Part shown: one piece after another, positions 28,197 through 32,000 of the stretch
How positions within the stretch are numbered: the stretch's first letter is position 1
Layout of the letters: each line of letters begins with the position of its first letter
NCBI RefSeq assembly: GCF_013365495.1
Contig: NZ_CP046580.1
Span: forward strand, 30,001-62,000
Length of the DNA: 32,000 bases
From: Candidatus Saccharimonadota bacterium
GTDB taxonomy: Bacteria; Pseudomonadota; Alphaproteobacteria; Rickettsiales; Anaplasmataceae
Reading direction: 5' to 3'
Position numbers and translations under genes: made by a program
The notes under the pieces: model-generated
What the model saw: the letters and a program-made list of their open reading frames with translations, nothing else
What the model was told of the DNA's origin: nothing
Database searches by the model: none

Positions 28197-28759
28197 CTAT
28201 GGTGTGTTGTGATGCCATGGGTTTTTATAGCTTTTATTTGTTCTTTTGTTCCATATCCTTTATTTTTATACCAATTATATTCTGGATGTTGATTATGTAA
28301 TTCTTGCATTAGTTGATCTCTTGTAACTTTTGCAATGATTGAAGCTGCTGCAATTGATATACTTAAATTATCGCCATTTATTATAGATACTGCTTGCCAT
28401 TTTACTTTAGGTAGTTGATTACCGTCAACTAGTACGTAATCTAACTCTAACTCTAAGTTTATTAATGCACGTTGCATTGAGAGTTTTGTTGCTTGTAAAA
28501 TATTATATGAATTTATTTCTTTTACACTTGCTATTCCTATGCTCCATTTTGCAATGGACGTTATCTTTTTGTACAAGACTTGTCTATTTTTAGCAGATAA
28601 TTTTTTTGAATCATTAATTCCTTTAATAATTATGTTTTTATCAGTAAATACTACTGCTGCAGATATTACTGGACCAGCCAATGCTCCTTTTCCAACTTCG
28701 TCTACTCCTGCTACTACTCCTGCTAACTTATTTTCTAATGTGAAATCTGGATATATCAT
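28169..28759 (-). CDS. rnhB: ribonuclease HII
   Basis: AGVDEVGKGALAGPVISAAV, DSKKLS and DGN... are typical of RNase HII. The track start (28798) is a TTG overlapping mraY by 34 nt. The in-frame ATG at 28759 (MIYPDFTLENKLAGVVAGVDEVGKG) gives a canonical N terminus and a 5-nt gap after the mraY stop. Confidence 0.9.
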   Translation of the reverse strand: MIYPDFTLENKLAGVVAGVDEVGKGALAGPVISAAVVFTDKNIIIKGINDSKKLSAKNRQVLYKKITSIAKWSIGIASVKEINSYNILQATKLSMQRALINLELELDYVLVDGNQLPKVKWQAVSIINGDNLSISIAAASIIAKVTRDQLMQELHNQHPEYNWYKNKGYGTKEQIKAIKTHGITTHHRKNFNLFLK

Positions 28760-28764
28760 GAATT

Positions 28765-29745
28765 TTATAACAAGAAAGCTATAGTAAATGTTGAACAAAT
28801 AATAGAAATTATTAAAAATTTTATAACTATTTCATTTTCTGACTGTCCTTTTTTTTCAAAATGGTGATGTATTGGTGTAATGAGAAAAATCTTTTTTCCT
28901 TTTCCATGCTTAAATTTTGTATATTTAAAGTATGATACTTGAATGATGACGGACAAAGTTTCTATTATAAAGATTACTCCGATGACAGCAAAAAGTACTT
29001 CTTTCTTTATTAAAACACTGGTTAATCCTAAAGCTGCACCGATTGATAAGCTGCCAACGTCACCCATAAATATTTTCGCAGGATAGGTATTGAACCATAA
29101 AAAACTCAAAAGTGCTCCTATAAAAGCAATACAGAATAAAGTAATATTTATATTTGATTGAGTTAAATATGAAATTAATCCTAAAAAAGCAAAAGAAGTA
29201 ATAGCTTGAGTTACAGCAAGACCATCAAGTCCATCTGTAAGATTTACAGCATTGGCAGAGCCAACAATTATAAATGTGGTAAATGGAATATATAGATAGC
29301 CAAAATCAATTATTATTCCTCTAACTAAAAAAGTTTTTGTGAAACCTTCAGAAAAGTATTGCTTAGATGTAAGCATGACAGTAATTGCAACTATAAATTG
29401 AGTAAGTATTTTAATTTTTGCATTTAGACCTTGGGGGTTATATACTTTTAATTTTAGATAGTCATCAATAAATCCTACTAAAGCAAAAGATAGAGTTGTG
29501 AATATCAATAATATAGTTTCTAGTGTTAATTTTCCCCAAAGTAAAATTGGCAGTGAAGCAGAAATCAGTATTGTGATTCCACCTGTAGTAGGAGTATTTT
29601 TCTTTGTGATTAGATGGTTTTTTGGTCTAAATAACCTGACTGGTTGTTTGTCCTTGCCAATTTTCTTTAGAAATTTTATAAAGCAAGGGTGAAAAATAAA
29701 TCCCAAAATGAGAGAGTTAAAAAATATTTTTATAGGTAAGTTCAT
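28765..29745 (-). CDS. mraY: phospho-N-acetylmuramoyl-pentapeptide transferase
   Basis: 326-aa polytopic ORF with an ATG start. The MraY-specific motifs are intact: KKNTPTTGGITILI, VGFIDDYLKL, GSANAVNLTDGLDGLA, FMGDVGSLSIGAALG and TPIHHHFEKKG. It is somewhat shorter than typical MraY. Confidence 0.9.
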   Translation of the reverse strand: MNLPIKIFFNSLILGFIFHPCFIKFLKKIGKDKQPVRLFRPKNHLITKKNTPTTGGITILISASLPILLWGKLTLETILLIFTTLSFALVGFIDDYLKLKVYNPQGLNAKIKILTQFIVAITVMLTSKQYFSEGFTKTFLVRGIIIDFGYLYIPFTTFIIVGSANAVNLTDGLDGLAVTQAITSFAFLGLISYLTQSNINITLFCIAFIGALLSFLWFNTYPAKIFMGDVGSLSIGAALGLTSVLIKKEVLFAVIGVIFIIETLSVIIQVSYFKYTKFKHGKGKKIFLITPIHHHFEKKGQSENEIVIKFLIISIICSTFTIAFLL

Positions 29746-29804
29746 TTGTCTTGATTAATTTAATTAAGCTTATATCAAGCTATTATAACTTATGATGGGA
29801 TAAT

Positions 29805-31934
29805 TTATTTATTTTTTGCCAATATTTCTCTTTTTCCTAAGTAATTTGGAGCACTGATAATACCTTCTTTTTCCATCCTTTCAATAAGGTTTGCAGCTCT
29901 GTTATAGCCTATTTTCAGCTGTCTCTGGATGTAACTAGTTGAGACTTTTTTATCTCTTTGAATAATAGTTACAGCTTGTTTATATAAATTATTTTCCTTA
30001 TTGTCTGCTTCATTATTCAATGATATAAAAGAATTATCGTTTTCTTTTATGATTTCCTCTATGTAATTTGGTTTACCTTGTGCTTTGAGATGATGAACTA
30101 TATTTTGTACCTCATTATCGCTTACAAATGGACCATGAACTCGAATAATCTTGCCACCAGAAGCCATATAGAGCATGTCACCCATGCCAAGTAATTGTTC
30201 AGCTCCTTGTTCACCGAGTATTGTACGGCTGTCTATTTTAGAGGTAACAGCAAAACTTATTCTCGTTGGAAAATTTGCTTTTATGACACCTGTTATTATA
30301 TCTACAGATGGACGTTGTGTTGCCATTATAATGTGTATTCCTGCAGCACGAGCCATCTGAGCTAAGCGTTGAATAGAACGTTCTATATCTTTATCAGCAA
30401 CGAGCATTAAGTCTGCTATTTCATCTACAACCACTACAATGTATGGCAATGTTTCCATTTTGATTGGAATTTTTTCAAATAGTGGCTTACCTTTTATTGA
30501 ATCGAAGCCAATTTGCACAGTGTGCTTGAGTTCTGTTTTGTTACTTATTGCTTCTTTAATTCTTTGATTATAACTTATTATATTGCGGACATTTAAATAT
30601 GACATTATGCGATAACGATTTTCCATCTCTTTTACTGTCCATTGGAGAGTAATTAAAGCTTTTTTAGGTTCTGTTACTACTGGTGTTATTAAATACGGTA
30701 TTTGATTATATATTGAAAGCTCAAGCATTTTAGGATCAATCATTATCATTTTACATTTATTAGGGCTTAATCGGTAAACAAGTGAAAGAATCATAGTATT
30801 AATCGCAACTGATTTTCCTGATCCTGTAGTTCCAGCAATAAGTAAGTGTGGCATTTTAGCTAAGTCGACAATAACTGGTCTTCCGTTTATTTCTTTACCA
30901 AGTGCAATTGGAAGATTTAAGTTTGTATTTTGATAATCTGGAGATTCTAATAAATCACGTAGCATTACAATTTCTCGCTCCTTATTTGGTAGTTCTATTC
31001 CTATAGCATTTTGTCCACGAATTATTGAAATTCGTGCAGAAATTGCACTCATTGAACGTGCAATATCGTCTGCAAGAGAAATTATTTTTGCAGATTTTGT
31101 GCCAGCTTGTGGTTCAAGTTTGTATAAAGTTACAACTGGTCCATGACACACATTAATAATTTTTCCTTGTACGCCAAAATCGTTAAGAACTTGTTTTAGT
31201 AAAGATAAATTTTTATTGCTCTTTATTTTATTTAGATAATTTTTCTGCAAAGACTTTTTTACTTTGGAAAGTAAATTAATGCTTGGAAATTTGAATTTAT
31301 TAAAGGGTGTAAAAATTTTTTCAATATCTTTTTTTTCTCTTGTTTTTATTTTTTGTTTAGTAATAATTTGAACTTTATGCTTTTCTTTCGTTATTAATTG
31401 CGTAATTAAATATTTGGTGATTTTATATAACTTGAGAAACAGGACTTTTATAGAGAGGTAAGCTATTTTTTTATATGTGAAGAATAAATAGTAGGTAATT
31501 TTTTTCCAGCCAATCAATCCTATTGTACCTATTGACGCTGCTATAATAAATATGTAAGTTGGACAGTAGCTGATTAAAACGTTTCCTATTATTCCGCTAT
31601 GCATATATTTTTCAGTGATGCTAAGTGAGAGTTGTGGTAGTATAACGCATATTCCGAGATTAATTAATGTGAAATAGAAAATTTTTAGTAATCTTCTTGA
31701 TGATTTGAAACTTAAAAAGTAAACTATAGTTGTAACTATTGTAATACTAGTTAACCCAAAAAATTGGATTAATATATCAGCTAAGTATGAACCCACTATT
31801 CCAGCTAGATTTGTTGCCCTTTTATCTATAACTGTGTTTAAGGATGAATCTTTATAGCTATAGCTAAAAATTGATATATATATATATATTAGTAATAATA
31901 AGTATACTACTAACTTTAGGTATTTTTTTAGCAT
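29805..31934 (-). CDS. ftsK: DNA translocase FtsK
   Basis: 709-aa ORF with an ATG start. It has N-terminal TM helices, a motor domain with Walker A (AGTTGSGKSVAINTMI) and Walker B (YIVVVVDEIADLM), MARAAGIHIIMATQRPSVDIITG, and a C-terminal winged-helix gamma domain (YKQAVTIIQRDKKVSTSYIQRQLKIGYNRAANLIERMEKEGIIS). Confidence 0.93.
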   Translation of the reverse strand: MLKKYLKLVVYLLLLIYIYISIFSYSYKDSSLNTVIDKRATNLAGIVGSYLADILIQFFGLTSITIVTTIVYFLSFKSSRRLLKIFYFTLINLGICVILPQLSLSITEKYMHSGIIGNVLISYCPTYIFIIAASIGTIGLIGWKKITYYLFFTYKKIAYLSIKVLFLKLYKITKYLITQLITKEKHKVQIITKQKIKTREKKDIEKIFTPFNKFKFPSINLLSKVKKSLQKNYLNKIKSNKNLSLLKQVLNDFGVQGKIINVCHGPVVTLYKLEPQAGTKSAKIISLADDIARSMSAISARISIIRGQNAIGIELPNKEREIVMLRDLLESPDYQNTNLNLPIALGKEINGRPVIVDLAKMPHLLIAGTTGSGKSVAINTMILSLVYRLSPNKCKMIMIDPKMLELSIYNQIPYLITPVVTEPKKALITLQWTVKEMENRYRIMSYLNVRNIISYNQRIKEAISNKTELKHTVQIGFDSIKGKPLFEKIPIKMETLPYIVVVVDEIADLMLVADKDIERSIQRLAQMARAAGIHIIMATQRPSVDIITGVIKANFPTRISFAVTSKIDSRTILGEQGAEQLLGMGDMLYMASGGKIIRVHGPFVSDNEVQNIVHHLKAQGKPNYIEEIIKENDNSFISLNNEADNKENNLYKQAVTIIQRDKKVSTSYIQRQLKIGYNRAANLIERMEKEGIISAPNYLGKREILAKNK

Positions 31935-32000
31935 CTACTTAAAAGTAGTAATTCATTGTATATTTTATAAGGTGAATTGTTATTAACAATATCATTACGG

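Noticed and set aside
18367-30360. Antisense track ORFs lie inside ispDF (18367-18627, 18723-18917), tpiA (20131-20325), fba (22494-22682), rnhB (28539-28784), mraY (29498-29692) and ftsK (30175-30360).
   Set aside because: All are nested opposite confidently identified genes and lack motifs.
1-32000. I looked for CRISPR arrays, IS elements or transposases, integrases, prophage genes, toxin-antitoxin pairs, rRNA, tmRNA, RNase P RNA and SRP RNA.
   Set aside because: There are no regularly spaced direct repeats with unique spacers and no ORF with transposase, integrase or phage motifs. Apart from the two tRNAs, no GC-enriched structured segment and no T-loop-like GGTTC(G/A)A motif stands out in the spacers. 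The absence of small ncRNAs cannot be proven by eye.

Overview
This is a strongly AT-rich chromosomal segment made up almost entirely of housekeeping genes. I support 24 genes. They are psd (partial, at the left edge), pyrD, rnc, tRNA-Glu(UUC), gatA, an AEC-family permease, fabF, acpP, ispA, a membrane-anchored double FKBP-like protein, a solitary MrpD/NuoN-like antiporter subunit, tgt, nuoE, a 12-TM protein with heme-copper-oxidase-like His motifs, ispDF, tpiA, tRNA-Cys(GCA), class I fba, tsaC, holB, a frameshifted VirB8-like gene, rnhB, mraY and ftsK. The gene set points to an obligate intracellular alphaproteobacterium of the Anaplasmataceae, probably Ehrlichia- or Neoehrlichia-like. The clues are the fused ispDF, an isolated nuoE, partial glycolysis together with pyrimidine synthesis, and the extreme AT bias. 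This assignment is an inference, not a database result. I saw no CRISPR array, transposase, integrase, phage gene, toxin-antitoxin pair or recognisable defence gene, and I cannot support a novel multi-gene system here. Five things stand out. (1) A VirB8-like membrane protein gene is split at an A10 tract and followed by a good terminator. (2) Gene spacing is bimodal: operon genes overlap or abut, yet four ORF-free spacers of 1.5-2.2 kb bring the sequence outside my gene calls to about one third of the window. (3) An orphan polytopic protein carries some but not all heme-copper oxidase subunit I histidine motifs. (4) A degenerate tandem-FKBP membrane protein appears translationally coupled to ispA. 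(5) An intact mraY sits outside any cell-wall gene cluster. The spacers contain decayed local duplications and a recurring palindromic motif. Most short repeats and hairpins in DNA this AT-rich are within chance expectation, and I say so where that applies.
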